Assembly: GCA_951406725.2 (NCBI GenBank)
Contig: OX597817.1
Location: forward strand, 103,540,001-103,604,000
DNA from: Octopus vulgaris
Lineage: Eukaryota
Direction of reading: 5' to 3'
Length of the DNA: 64,000 bases
Every line of letters starts with the position of its first letter. The stretch's first letter is position 1. The notes below the pieces were generated by a model, which made no database searches, had not been told where the DNA came from, and saw nothing but the letters and a program-made list of their open reading frames with translations. Shown one piece after another: positions 25,411 to 39,071 of this stretch. A program made the position numbers and the translations under genes.

Positions 25411-26704
25411 AGTAAGCTCGCATGCTTTATTAACGGGGGAAAAAGCTCTTTAAAAAATCAAGTTATTAATTTGAATTGAAATTAAAATAAGAATAATAAA
25501 TCTTACAAATTAACAGCGAAGAGGAATGGAATTCTGAAACAACAGCAGCAGTGAAATAGAGAGAAAAGGATTGAGTTTCTGCTATTTCTAGCACGTCTAT
25601 TGACCTGCTAGAAATAGCTGCTAAATTTATTCGTGACAGAACCAGGATGCTGTCGCTGCTTCTGCCGCTGTTGTTGCCGCTGCTGTTACCGCTGCTGCTG
25701 CTGCTACTGCTGCTGCTGCCGCTGGTGTTTGCTAGCTCAAGTCAACCCTTATTAAATGTGTTCTAGGCGTGACCATCCCATCTTTTTGTATATAAGAAAA
25801 CACATCATTCAATGTCTTTTTCTGTAAGGCAATAAAGTAGTGTTCACAAATGGTTTGGCGCGATACGCTAGTTTGTCGCTGCGAAAATATTAAAATTATA
25901 TTTCGAAAATCAAAAAAATATCAACTGAAATTCTAATTACAAAAGTTTTGGCAACTTTACTTCATTCATTTCTATTGTTTGATTTATATTTATAGACTAA
26001 ACAATAGGAATATTTTTTAAAATACATTTTAAAAACTTCATGTTTTAAAGAGAAGCAAAATACTTTTTATTTACTCTAAAGTCTGCCGTGAATGAAGATC
26101 AAGTTTGAGAATACTGAGTTGGGTTGTGATTTCATGGAGGTTTGGCTGTTGTTTCTAGAAGGATGAGCGAGGTGTAGACGTGTAGACTCTCTACTGGTTC
26201 GAGTCTCCTTAAGTATTGGGAAAAGTCTAAGAAGATACAGAGAGGGTAAGAGATAAAGAGAGAGAAAAAAAAACCCGAAGAGACTTTGCAGAGGATGGCT
26301 CATAATTGAATTGTTTTGATATACACGTACGTTTGACGAGTAACTTCGCAAGTATACTTTTGCCATCTGGATAATACCAAGAAATAAGGCACACATACAA
26401 TAATCATAATTTCTTCATACAAAATAATGAAATGAATGCCAATTTTCAAAAGTAAGATATTTATTACCTAAAAGTGAAATTTGAAAAAAGAAACTTTTTC
26501 GTTGTATATTTGCAATAAATATACGTTGATTTAAAAAAAAAAATTATCAACATAATCGCAATCCACAACAAAATTTCATTTAAAAAATGTATATGTATTT
26601 TCAGAAAGTTCTAAGACACATGCAGCACCTCTTATGCTCTCTCTCTCTCTCTCCCTCTCTGTACAGTATGAAGTGTGAGAAATAATCAGCTATAATTAAA
26701 TAGA

Positions 26705-26910
26705 AATTTAAGGCAGAATTCTTAGCATGCCGAACTAAATTATTTGCGGCATTTCGTCCGACTTTTAGTTTTCAAATTTCGCCGAGATCAGCTTTGCTTT
26801 TCATCCTTTTTGAACCGATGAAATAGTATCTGTGGAGCACTGCTGTCAATGTAATCGACTTACCCTTCACCTAAAATTTCAGGCACTTGTGCCTATAGTA
26901 GACAGGATTA
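26705..26910 (+). mobile_element. SINE family B copy (diverged)
   Basis: ggcagaattcttagcatgccg...tttgcttttcatcc...gtaatcgacttaccc. Confidence 0.75.
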
Positions 26911-27619
26911 TTAGATAGAAATTTATTGGGGGGTGGGGGTGAGAGTTTCACTTCACAAACTTTTGTAGCTGTGGAAGAATATTTTTGTAACGACAACACT
27001 TTCAAATCGTAGGTAGCAATTCATGTTTGGTTGTTATTTTGTATCTAAATTAAACCAGTTTTGTTTTTCTTCACAATCTTCTGCAATGTTGGTTTTATTT
27101 CTCAAATCATCGAAACAACAAAGAGAATATCCAGTAATGGAAAAACCCAATAGGTGACTCATGGTTTTAACTGTTCCACGGTAATAGAAAGGAAAATTCC
27201 ATATTACGTCCCTCAATTCAGTTTGGTTGTGTGTGATTAGGCCAAAACCAAAGGCGAGTCCATTAAGGCATTTCTGTGCATTCCCTATGGGCTCTCACAA
27301 ATTTTCTGCTGATTCAATCTTCATATCTAATATTGGTGGAATATTTACCATTCTATTCTTTCACAATTTTATGCAGGTAGATTTGTTTTAAACATACAGG
27401 AACGGTGAATATTATGGGACTTTTTCTCGATGTTGATGCTATTTGTGTTTCCAAATATCTACATAAACAGCAGCCTAATTCTGTCAAATCACGCCTTACC
27501 GTCTCAAGACAGAAAGGAACGCGGAGAGTGTAGTCTTAGATATAGCAGAGGACTGGAATGTCTTTCATCATAGATCTGGCCAATCAGGGTTGGCATGCGA
27601 CTAAACAAATAACAACGAA

Positions 27620-27880
27620 AACAGATATTTGATGACATGTTCGGTGAAACTTTAACATGACAGGGAAAGGTGTCCCTCTTCAACGTCAAGCAACTGCTAA
27701 TCGAAGCATGGCGTAGCAGCTCTGCCAAATGTACAGTCATACAACTAACTATACACCATATTGTAGTTGCCTTCCCCATCTACTGAACATTGTACATTGT
27801 CGCAGCTGTCACGCTATGCTTCATTCAATAAGCCGTTGACTGATGTTGGTTAGCACGTCTTCTTTCTCTGTCGTGGTAAA
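27620..27880 (-). pseudogene. Possible decayed Ig-domain exon
   Basis: Across a frameshift it reads TMYNVQ / DGEGNY / WCIV (L.I.NVQ.DDEG.Y.C-like), followed by LDVEEGHLSLSC. Several stops. Confidence 0.35.
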
Positions 27881-28554
27881 GATTTATCAAAACATTGTTA
27901 TTTAATGAAGAGGATGTAAAGACAAAATAGTTTTTCTCTTTTTCTTTTTCGTTATCCCTCCTCTCTACAGTTTTTTAAAAAAAAATAGAACCGAGGGAAA
28001 CTGAACCAACAAAAGAGTGTTACGCTGTCACTCACCCTGCAAGAAATAACAGCTGAATTTCCCTTAAACTTACCTCAGTGTTACCAAATCTTTTTTTCTC
28101 GCGTCACATATTAGAGCAAATAAAGATATTTTTATGCACAAGTGCATTTTTAAAAATCTAGAATTGTGTGTAAATAGCTATTTATATATATTTATAAATA
28201 TGAAAACAAATAGTTATATATAATTCAAACTATAGAAAATTATTATATACATCTTTACTTAATAAATAACACACAGACATCTAGCTACATAGCATAGCAC
28301 AAGTGTGCGATGACTGCCCTAACGTCTCAAAAAGAAAAAAAATCCAAACGAAAAGTCGAGGTGGTCATATCTGAAATTCCTCAGATCATGAGTCTGCTCG
28401 TTGAAGGCTGGACAGGGACTAAAACAAACCTTCGATGCAGCCTCTGGTTTACTTAATCAGGGTAAGCTTGAAATTAAACAACGTCAACAACAGCTAAAAA
28501 TTACCATCATCATACCCAGTTTCTACTTTTCATTGCTTATGTTATTAATTGTAT

Positions 28555-28972
28555 TTGACACGGCTGTGTGGTTAAGAAGCTCACTGTCGTAGTCAAGAAG
28601 CTTGCTTTACAACCACATGGTTTCGGGTTCCAGACAGACCAATTCCATGTGAGAGAATTTGGTAGACGGAAATTATGTGGGAGCTCGTCGTCGATATATA
28701 TATATATACATATATCTTTTACTTGTCTCAGTCATTAGACTGTGGATATGCTGGAGCACCTCCTTAAAGAATTTTAGTCGAACGAATCAACCCTAGGACT
28801 TATTTTTTAAAACCAGATACTTATTTTATCGGTCTCTTTCGCCGAGCTGCTAAGTTATAGAGATGTAAACACACCAACACAAGTTGTCAAGCGGTGGTGG
28901 TGGACATAGACACAGTCACACACACGCATATTCACGCGCACACGCACACACACATATACATACATACATACG

Positions 28973-29032
<60 letters not shown>

Positions 29033-29552
29033 TATGTGTGTGTGTGTGTGTGTGTGTCTAAACTTTGGGTTGGTTAAAATATGTTTGCGACATATTTCAA
29101 CTTCTAAAGGCAAGTTCATTACAATTACCGTGGAAAAAATATTATCTCATATGTTAAAAAGGTGTAAAAATACCATATCTGTCCAGTGCGACCCCATGTC
29201 GGATTACCAGACGCGTTTCTAGCTCTTTAGCCGTTATCAACGGGAAATACCGAAGAAAGAGAACTCTGGACTGAATTAAAGTCGTAACTTTATCAATAAC
29301 ACAGTCAACAACATTGACTGAGTTGCGCCATTTGACCGCCAGTTAGGAAGAAACTTAGCAGTATCAGCACCAAGCAATGCTTAGGTTTAAGCGACGAGCT
29401 TCTTTCAGTTTTGCACTCACAAGGCTTTGGCCCGAGGCCATAGTAGAAGACACTAGCTCAAGGTACCGCGCAGTGCGGCTGAACCGGAAACCATGTGGTT
29501 GGGAAGCAAACTTCTTACAACATATCCACACCTGCGCCTATATAAATACGTA

Positions 29553-29640
<88 letters not shown>

Positions 29641-29850
29641 TGTGTGTGTTTGTGTGTACGTGTCTTTGTGTTTGTGTTTTTGCCTCATCATTGCTTGGCA
29701 CCTAGTGTTGGGTTACGTCGCATCCTAGTGGTTAGACAAAAGGAGATCGGTCAAAAAGTACTAAACTTCAAAAGTAAACACTGGTAAGGAAGCACTCCAG
29801 CATGGCTGCAGTCCAGTAACTGAAACAAGTAAAAGATAAAAGATTATTCA
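28555..29850. mobile_element. Cluster of SINE family A fragments in both orientations with (TG)n tracts
   Basis: Head 28555-28700(+), tail 28715-28920(-), head 29395-29540(-), tail 29680-29845(+). Confidence 0.8.
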
Positions 29851-30234
29851 TATCGCTTTCTCTATATTCCAGTTATTGCTTGTTTCAAAATCCCATTATT
29901 CTTTGCTGTTTCTTTGCAATGTTTAAAATTTCAGCTTCAATTTAAATTGACATTAAGAGGAATTTAAGTTTAAAGTATTTCTTAATTCAATTATTCTACT
30001 CGTTGATAAAACACTTGAGCTGTGCAGAGAAAGTTTTAAAACTTATTGATTTAAAGGACTTATCAAAATACTTTTTCTGTCACTTCTGAATGAGACGATA
30101 GAGTGGGGCTCGCGAGTTTGCAAAAAAAGGTAAAATTGGAATAATAGATTACCTTTACCTACCTTTACCATTTACTTGTTTCAGTCATTAGACTGCGGTC
30201 ATGCTGGGGATAGATTTATGTCATAATAATAACT

Positions 30235-30440
30235 GTTTCAAATATAGGCACAAGGCCTGAAATTTGGGGGAAGAGAACAAATAGGTTACAACGATCCCAC
30301 TTCTGAATTGGTACTTATTTTATCGATCCTGGAAGGATAAAAAGTAGAGTCAACCTTGGCAGCATCTGAACTCAGATCGTAAAGCCGGAAGAAATGCTGC
30401 ATAGTATTTTGTTTGGTGCAGTAACAATTCCACCAGTTCG
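30235..30440 (-). mobile_element. SINE family B copy
   Basis: ggcacaaggcctgaaattt...ggtacttattttatcgatcc...tgaactcag. Confidence 0.8.
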
Positions 30441-30849
30441 ATGATGATGACGAAGATGATTTTTTTCAAATTTTCGTTGTAAAAATTTGTGACGCTACCA
30501 AAGAGAGAAAATTAAAATACTTTGGACTCTCTCTTATATGAAAAAAAGACAAAAAATGAGTTTTCAAAAGGAATGATAGGAGAGGAAAAAAGAAGTAAGA
30601 ATAATGCGGTCGGATAAAAGCAAGAATCTGCGTGAATCAAGATACAGTGAATGTATAAAGATACTAGAAAAGAGACTGAAATGGTATGCCATGGTATTGA
30701 ACTTATTGAAAGCAAACGACACATGACGTTGATGATCAGCAAAAAAAAATCTGTTAAAAAACTTGATGGTCCTTTTTTTCTTTTTTATATTCCTTAACTT
30801 ATCTGTATTTACTTATATAAAGCCAGAGTAGCTGTCTTAAAGCTTTCCT

Positions 30850-31300
30850 CTTAATGGTGGCACTATAAACTTTGCTTTGTGCATTTGTTAAATGTTTGAG
30901 TCAGAAGTTAAACAATTTATCAATACTAGGAGCTTTCCAATTGATAATTTGAATTAACTTCTTTGAGGATTTCTTCTTTTGTTACATCTGCCAACCTTCT
31001 ACTTCGGAATGTTTCTTTTCTATCCTCAACACTCTCTTGTGTTGTTTATTTATCGTTACCCATTGTTTCTTAGACCTCTTTTATCTTCTTTTCGCTTGTT
31101 TATTCTTTCAGTATTCTTTTGCTTAATTTCCGGCAGTTTTTCTTTAGGCTGAGGATAAAATCGATTTTGTTCATAGAAGAGTTGGCATTTTTCAAAATAT
31201 TTTTTAAACTGTATTTTTGAACCAGGATCTCTTGCTTAAGCCTCACTACTGTCGGTTAATGCGATATTGTATTTTATAAATATCTGGAGTTCATTTTTTT
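30850..31300 (-). mobile_element. Old R4/Dong pre-RT fragment
   Basis: Minus-strand relic ..IGKAPSIDKLFNF*LKHLTNAQ matches the R4 NWKAPGPD..NFWLK motif. Upstream LFYEQNRFY-like remnant. Confidence 0.55.
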
Positions 31301-31984
31301 TTTATCTTGCTTTATCTTGTTTTCTTCAAGTCCCACGTTTATAGTTTAAATTGTATTTTATCCTTTATTATGTAAGTAGTATAAATCATGAAGGGAGTTG
31401 TTAAGTGACATTAAGTAAGGGATAAAGTAAAAGACAGTGTAAGTTTCAGCTTGCTAGTTGATGATCGCGAAGGATGAAGAGAGGGGTGGGAAGTTGCGAT
31501 TCTTGTTGTACACATACAGTATCCCTAATCGATAAAATTCCAATAAAATTTATTGCATGTAGACTTCCCATTCCCGAAACAAAGCATTCTGAATCTTTCA
31601 TCTAAGTAGACCTTACAAATAGCAATTTGGGATTTGTATGAACTGGGTGGCTCATTACCATTTGATTAACTTCACATAAGTGAATCTGAGAAATTCTTAC
31701 AACATCAATTCGGTAACTTTAATATCTGTTCGATAGTTAACTACAATTCTACTGTAGTCAACCTATGGTGTCATAGTTGTGCGGCAAGCAAGGAATGGCT
31801 TTCAAATTTTCATAAAATCACACATTGCCTTCAAATTAATAAGAAAAGAGTGGATAATGTTGATATAGATGCATTGTCTGAAAATAAAATAAGATAGCTA
31901 TGGTTGGGAGGCTTTGATCGAAGATCTTCCTAATCTGAGCTGATTTTCTGCTAAATAACGACAGAGTAAAACTTATCAAGTTTT

Positions 31985-32230
31985 CATGGTAATATTCCAT
32001 CACAACCCTCATATCACTAATGTTGGTGAGGTGGTATGTCTCTTGGAAAGGGCCAAAGCAAGAGTATTCAAAGCCGTCCCTTCTTCCAGTTACGACTACT
32101 TACTCAATACAATCACAAACATTGGCTTATAGGGCGTACAAAGTTCAGCAGGTAATGATTCAGTTTTCTGATACTGCTAACACATTCAAATAACTACGAC
32201 AATCCTTTATTGACATATGGATGCTAACGA
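31985..32230 (-). pseudogene. Possible decayed Ig V-like exon
   Basis: HPYVNKGLS*LFECVSS ... RRDGFEYSCFGPFQETYHLTNISDM. Confidence 0.3.
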
Positions 32231-33717
32231 TAAGGTTTCAAAAATTAGTTGATTTTATCTTTGCCTTTTTTTTAATATTCTGGATGTATTTTGTTGTTGT
32301 TTAACCCCAATCTTGGCATCTCTGTTTAAGGTATTCGGGTCATTTTTAAGGAACCCGGGTATAGCTTCCTTTCAATCTATCGTCTGAAGAAATGAATTTT
32401 AGATTTTAATTATTTATTCTGTGTATGACTGGTATTATAAAGCTGAACAGTAGATGAGTAATTTTATTCACTTTTTGTCTTTTTTTTTTTCAGATATGCA
32501 TAAAAAAACTTAAGCTAAATCTCCGTTTCGCACTGTCAGAAACAAAACAAAACAACAGATAGTAAGAAATTTTGATGACCTGTTAAAACTAAGTCGAATG
32601 TTGCTATTTTTCAGGAGCAGATTTTGCGATAGAATCTGATATAGAAACGAAAGGCAGAATCAACCAAACAAATTGATTTTGCTAATATGCGTGATCAACA
32701 TCCAAAATGATCACAGATAAAATGAGTATTCTGAGTTCAAATATCACTAAAATAAACTCGTTTTCTTCTTAGGGATGAATTAAGCCGAGTAAATAACTGC
32801 ATCATGCTCATCTCCATTTTGTCGTTTTGCACCTATGTTAAGAAATCAATAATTGTCCTATTGATTATGGTATAGGGGTAATTACATGAAAATGACTACC
32901 CAGTTAACTCTTTACGAGCTTTTCTGTTGTCTTTTTAAAAATGACAAAAACTAATTATTAAAATCAATGCATAAAATAGGGGAAAAAAGAAATTCTATCA
33001 TTTGGTTACCCCGCATTAATGACGCTTTTATGTTCTTAGAATTATATTTTTTCAACTCAGCTTCCCATTTAGTGATCTGCAGGTACATACAAACATACAT
33101 ACATACATACATACATACATACATACATACATACATACATACATACATACATACATACATGTATTGAAAAATTGTAATTTTGAATGAGATAACAGTTAAC
33201 CAATGTTTAGAACTTCATGTAAATTGCTATTATCCTAATTCCTATCGAGTATCAAGCATGGTTTTTCTTCCGGTTTTCTTTTGGTATTACGCACATTTAA
33301 ATAGTTTACCGAGTATATATCCAATAATTCTGGTGAGCTGTTTTAAGTTGTTCTTTTTTATTACATCGTCATAAATTACATAAATTTTACACGTGTTTCA
33401 CTACCGGAAGGAAATAGAAATTCAATCCATTATTATTTACTCGTATCCTTTGATTGAGTGTTTTACAGCACAACTATGTAATCTTTTTATAGTAGAAGAC
33501 CATCATTTTTATTTTATAAGCGAAATAAATAAATAAATAAAGAAGGAAAGAAAGAAAGAACGAAAAATTTTGTAGTTAGAATATCTAAAGAAAAGGAGGT
33601 AAGATCAACTCTCAAACTGCTACAAATCAAAGAAAATTCTAAGTTAACCATGCGAGGTGGTTTAGATGGCGCTAATACTGAGAGCGGTGAAGAACTTGGC
33701 AGCCACAGGCATTCTCG

Positions 33718-33754
<37 letters not shown>

Positions 33755-33804
33755 CTTTTCACACCTTCCATATATTGTCCCACACCAGTCCGCATATGTG
33801 TATA

Positions 33805-34018
33805 CGATGGGGTGCTGAAAAGTTCCTGGGTTCAAAGTATCACTAAAGGCCTGGTTGGAGGCCCAACCTTCAGAGTTCTTTTGCATGGCTTAGAAAAACT
33901 GAAAGACCACTGCAGTAAGTGTGTGAATCTGAGAGGAAAACATGTTGAATAAACTCATAATTTAACCGATCCTCCAGAATTTTCTTTTACCCAAAGCGAG
34001 GAACTTTTCAGCATCCCC

Positions 34019-34021
<3 letters not shown>
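33805..34021 (+). mobile_element. Mariner-derived MITE
   Basis: Imperfect TIRs ggggtgctgaaaagttcctgg / cgaggaacttttcagcatcccc. The internal GLEKLKDHCSKCVNLRGKHVE* is a mariner C-terminus. Confidence 0.85.
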
Positions 34022-34059
<38 letters not shown>

Positions 34060-34090
34060 CATACATGTATGTATAATGTGCAAATTCATA

Positions 34091-35438
34091 TCTACTATAT
34101 CAAAGTCAATGTCTTTATGTGTTCATGTGTTACTTATACATTCGAAAACTGCTGCACCGATCATAATGAAATTTGGAACACAAAATTCAAGCCTAGGGAG
34201 AAGGGTAATGCTGCGTGCTTCATACAATTTCATGGACCAAAACTATTGACTGGATCCTTATTATATTTGAAACTTACATTCAATGCATAAAGGCGGGTAT
34301 AATGCAATATGTTTGGTTTGAATTTCAGATGGCTTAAAGGGGGAAGAACCCCCATGAAAATTCATCAATTTTCGATGTCGATGAAATTTCAACCATGGGT
34401 AATTGACTCATCAAGAAGTATTCTCAAAGTTTCCACTTCACATGAGGATTCTAAGACACCCTAATTTTGTCGGTTAAAAAATAAAGTGAACTAGCAGAGT
34501 TACCCGGCGTTGCCTGTGTTACATGCAATTGAAGAATTAGACTTTTTCTGTTATATTTTAGTCATTTCTTTTATGATCCAAAACTACGTCAAAAGTACTA
34601 AATGGATCTTTAGGAAATTTGGAAATTATATTCTATGCATAAGGGCCATAACCCCATGAAAATTCATATATTTAGATACAAATGAAGTAATATTTATAAA
34701 ATTTCATCTTCTTACAAGTTACAAAGACCCCTTCATGGGGACTTAACACCCACAATTTAGTCACTTTATCTAAGCAAAGACGAATACAGTCGTACTCTTG
34801 GAAGCCGTAGGTCACCCGAGCATAAAAGATGAGCATTATTTGTAATTCAATGGTACAACAGTGTAAGAGTTTGCTTTGACATACACTTAGATTGTGATTT
34901 CTGCAATGTGCTGCATAATTGTCAAGTAAATGAGAGGTATCTTTGCTTCCACTGATTCAGTTGCAAAGTGTTGAGTAAAGTTATTTTATTGCAAACCTCC
35001 TTTCAGTCTTTTTATTATCACTGGGTCACACATAGTCCCCACATGGTAACATTGATTTCAAGGCCTTCCCAGATGAGTGACTGGTTATTCAAAGACATTT
35101 ATAGATTGCAAATTTATTCTGTCCAGTTACGTATCAGTATAGTGGTCATTTGCAAACTCCAACTTTCATTTCTCCTTAGCCCTCACGTCACACAGTTGTT
35201 AATGTTTATTTCAGTTGGGTCACTGTAATTTTGGAATATGCGCATAAAAATCAGTCGTATGGGATACATGGGGCACGATTACAATTTTTTTAGGGTGTGT
35301 AAAGAGGGGAAATAACCCTCATCTGCAATTTTGATGAAATTCGAAACATAGGTATTCCAGTTCATTACAGAAAATATAACAGAAAAGTCTAATTCTTCAA
35401 TTGCATGTAACACGGGCAACGCCGGGTAACTCTGCTAG
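34091..35438 (+). mobile_element. Non-autonomous Helitron
   Basis: A|TCTACTATAT 5' end, ccgatcataatgaaatttgg internal motif, subterminal GC hairpin (cgggcaacgccggg), CTAG|T 3' end. Confidence 0.8.
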
Positions 35439-35460
35439 TTCATTTTATTTTTTAACCGAC
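34469..35460. repeat. ~90-bp inverted repeat pair (34469-34558 / 35371-35460)
   Basis: Three differences by eye. It includes the Helitron 3' terminus plus ~22 bp beyond CTAG. ATTTT lies on both outer flanks. Confidence 0.9.
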
Positions 35461-35755
35461 ATTTTTTGAAATACTGGGGCTATTATTTTCTAGAAAGTGT
35501 TTTTTCTATCCCACTCAATGTTATGTTGTATAAATTATTATTGTTGTTGTTGTTGGTGTTGGTGTAGTTGTGGTCGTTGTTGTTGTTGTTGCTGCTGTTG
35601 CTGTTTTTATTAGCTGCAAACCCGTTTGCCAAGCAGTGCACTCAGCACTTCGGCCCTGAATATCTCATTATCTACCCACGAAACTAAGCGATGCATTGTT
35701 GTTGTTTGTTTTCGCCCCAGATATATGTCTATATAATTCCTCTCCCCTCCCTCTC

Positions 35756-35829
<74 letters not shown>

Positions 35830-35830
<1 letters not shown>

Positions 35831-36356
35831 GAGCAAAACGCCCCCCGTCCAATGGACGGTGCTGAATTATATTTGCTGAATAAAAAGCAATCAGTGTTTT
35901 CTTTTCATTAAAAAATAATTAAGAATGCCTTTATTTCAATAAAATTGTGGGTTTTGTTAAACGACGTTAAGGCAAAAAAAATATCTTGAGAAACCAAATA
36001 GTCTTTCATTCCTTCATGCCAAGTTTGAAAAAAATATTTCTTTTGCATTTGACTTTTGGGGTCTCTTAAATATACTGCATTTTGTGGCATTATTTCAAGC
36101 CAGCCGGCTTTTTTGCGCAAACTACACGTGCATTTTTCCCGCGTACGCTGATGTACTTGCGAGTACAAATGCACGTTCCCACGGCTTTATCGATCGCTTT
36201 CTCACCTGGAATCGATTTTTGTAATTTTTTCAAGACTTATACTCGCCCTGATACCGTGGGTATTTACATATCAAATTTGAGCGCAATCGGATGGAGGATG
36301 CCCGAGATCCTAGAAGACACACACACAGACAGACAGAATGGATTTTATATAATAGA
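35830..36356 (-). mobile_element. Second non-autonomous Helitron
   Basis: Minus strand A|TCTATTATATAAA...(ctgt)n...ccgattgcgctcaaatttg, hairpin ccgtcc-att-ggacgg, 3' CTCG|T (variant of CTAG). Confidence 0.75.
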
Positions 36357-36439
36357 TACACACACACACACACACACACATATATATTATATATATATAT
36401 ACCTATATACATCGATATATGTTTTAGTAAGATAATAGT

Positions 36440-36775
36440 ATTACTCTTTTACTTTCTGTGGCCATGCTGGAGCAAATCGATCCCAGGACTTATTCTTTGT
36501 AAGCCTAGTACTTATTCAATCGGTATCTTTTGCCGAACTGCTAAGTTACGGAGCCGTAAACACACCAGCATCGGTTGTCAAGCGATGTTGGGGGGGGGGG
36601 GGGACAAACACAGACACACAACCATATACACGCACACATATATACATACATACATACATACGTACATATATATTCAGTTTCCGCCTACCAAATTGACTCA
36701 CAAGGCTTTGGTCGGCCCGAGGCTATAGTTGAAGACACATGCCCAAGGTGCACTGCAGTGGGACTGAACCCACAC
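36440..36775 (-). mobile_element. SINE family A copy
   Basis: gccatgctggagc...ctaagttacgg...actcacaaggctttggtcggcccgaggctatag...gggactgaaccc. Confidence 0.85.
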
Positions 36776-36788
36776 CCACCCCTACCTC

Positions 36789-37179
<391 letters not shown>

Positions 37180-37393
37180 GTTGGCGTTCCCCAAAAGTAT
37201 ATAACAAATGTTAAATACTTCAGTAAGCTTGCAAACGCACACATATAAAAAGACATGCATATCTACATAAATACATACATACATGCAATAGTAACACACA
37301 TGTAGACACGCATACAAATATACAACTAAACATATACGTAGATATATATATCTACATACATATATTAACATCAAGATACATATATACGCATGC

Positions 37394-37455
<62 letters not shown>

Positions 37456-37469
37456 GCATGCAGACAATC

Positions 37470-38900
37470 CACTGTCCCTTAATACATTATTATAATACTG
37501 AGCGGCATTTTGAAGCTCTGTCTCGTCTGAAGATATGGATGATATATGCCTTCTTATACTACTCGGTTCTTAAGACTTACGGTTGGATGATTTGATTATT
37601 TGTTAATACAAAGTAGCTTTTCATTGGACTTAAAATAGGTTTTAAATTTATCTAACTGCAAATCTAAGTTAATACCTAAGAAATCTACATTATTAAGGTT
37701 ATTTTCTATCGTTATCCGTAAGCCTATTCTTTGGAAGAAAGTAATAAGATTCTTCCTAAGTTTATCTAACTCATGGCCGTTTAAATCACAGCTGACTATA
37801 ATACTGTATAATACTGCATCTATAAAAGGAAATTCTAGAGGCAGGTTATGTAAAACACAGGCTCCTATAAGCATACGCAACCCAGCCCATCATATGCCGC
37901 CATCAGTACAACGAATAAAGAATCCTCGCCCTTTTTAACCGAGGTGGAATCATCATAAAAAAGGAGGGATTTCCTAGCATGCAGGATAATATCTAAATCC
38001 GAGTTATCAATTGTGACATACTGCTTGGCAAAGTCTAATGCTTTAAGAAGTAAAGGCCTGGATATTGACAGGTAAAAATCGACACTATCGAACTGCGTAA
38101 ATTTGCAGTTGTACTAATAGCTAATTCCTTTGAACCAATCGATCACTGACTTACTATTTCCCCAAATCCGTAGATATAATTCTCTATTTAACTTGTTTAA
38201 AATAGAATCTAAAATTTTTTGCTAATAATACCTATTTCAGTTTTAGCTAGGTTAATTAGTCTACATTTGGGTTTTCTATTGAAATTAGCTTTGTGGTCTT
38301 TTAGGTTAATAAAGGGTGGGCGCGGGGAGGGGGAGGCATTCTATCCTATCATTAACTTTAAAATTGTTTGCAATTCTTCTTGATTCTAGATCCACCACTT
38401 TATATAAATTCGCGTCATCTTTTTTGTAGGTGTCTGTAATACTGTTCGAAATTAGACGTTTATAAACATCTTTGTCAACTGCGTATAGGTTTTTTGCTTT
38501 GTCGGAGTTTACGAAAATCTTATTCGAGTTCTTTATGTTTCTAATTTTTTTCTTTCCTATCTCTCTGGAATAGATTGTTGAATTTGTAGAATTTTAATCT
38601 TCTAATAAGCTAAAAAAAAGTTCTTTTTCTAAAGCTTCTAATTTCGAAATAGGTGATGGGTTTTTAGAAGATCTAAATTTGCTGTTTCGTGTGATGGGTT
38701 TTTAGAAGATCTTAATTAGCTGTTCCGTGTCAAAGAAGTATCCTTTCTATCTCATTCTTCGGATAAAATCCTCCGTTTTTCCAATAAGACTTTTGAGGTA
38801 TTGCTTTTGCGCCGGGATAGGTATGTTGTTTAGGGGAAAATCCAATGGGTGGAGTTCTATTTCTTTAAGCAATTTCTTCTTACTTGTGGAGAGTCGCTCG
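37470..38900 (-). mobile_element. Penelope-like element, Naiad-type, 3'-truncated (N-terminus + RT)
   Basis: DFPLNNIPIPAQKQYLKSLIGKTEDFIRRMR*KGYFF, PKCRLIN, VIDWFK, QFDSVDFYLSIS, IILHARKSLLF, ELDKLRKNLITFFQRIGLRITIE..VDFLGINLDL. Confidence 0.85.
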
Positions 38901-39032
38901 AACTTTCTTAAAAAGGAGCGAGTTACACTAAAGTAAGCACATAAATATGAAACGAGGTGGGAAAATTAGTACTCGAATACCGGAGGTAGAGTAATATGCT
39001 TTACTAATAAAGCTGCAAATACATCACAAACT

Positions 39033-39070
39033 CTGTTACTCAGAGCTTCGCGTTCCCGTCCGTCGCACAG
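39033..39070 (-). ncRNA. Degenerate hammerhead in the Naiad 5' pLTR
   Basis: Minus strand: ctgt gcgacgg acgggaacgc gaag CTCTGAG TA acag. Stem I CUGU/ACAG and stem III CUC/GAG are retained; the core is mutated. Confidence 0.55.
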
Positions 39071-39071
39071 T

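Noticed and set aside
24975-25453. HT/CV/SL-repeat ORFs here and at other (CA)n/(CT)n tracts
   Set aside because: Dinucleotide repeat read-through.
27034-27340. Protein-like minus-strand frame (LRDVIWNFPFYYRG)
   Set aside because: It has an internal stop, no recognisable motif and no supported splice sites.
38652-38730. Short tandem duplications (also ~20066-20142, 41097-41152)
   Set aside because: Ordinary two-copy slippage duplications with no further structure.
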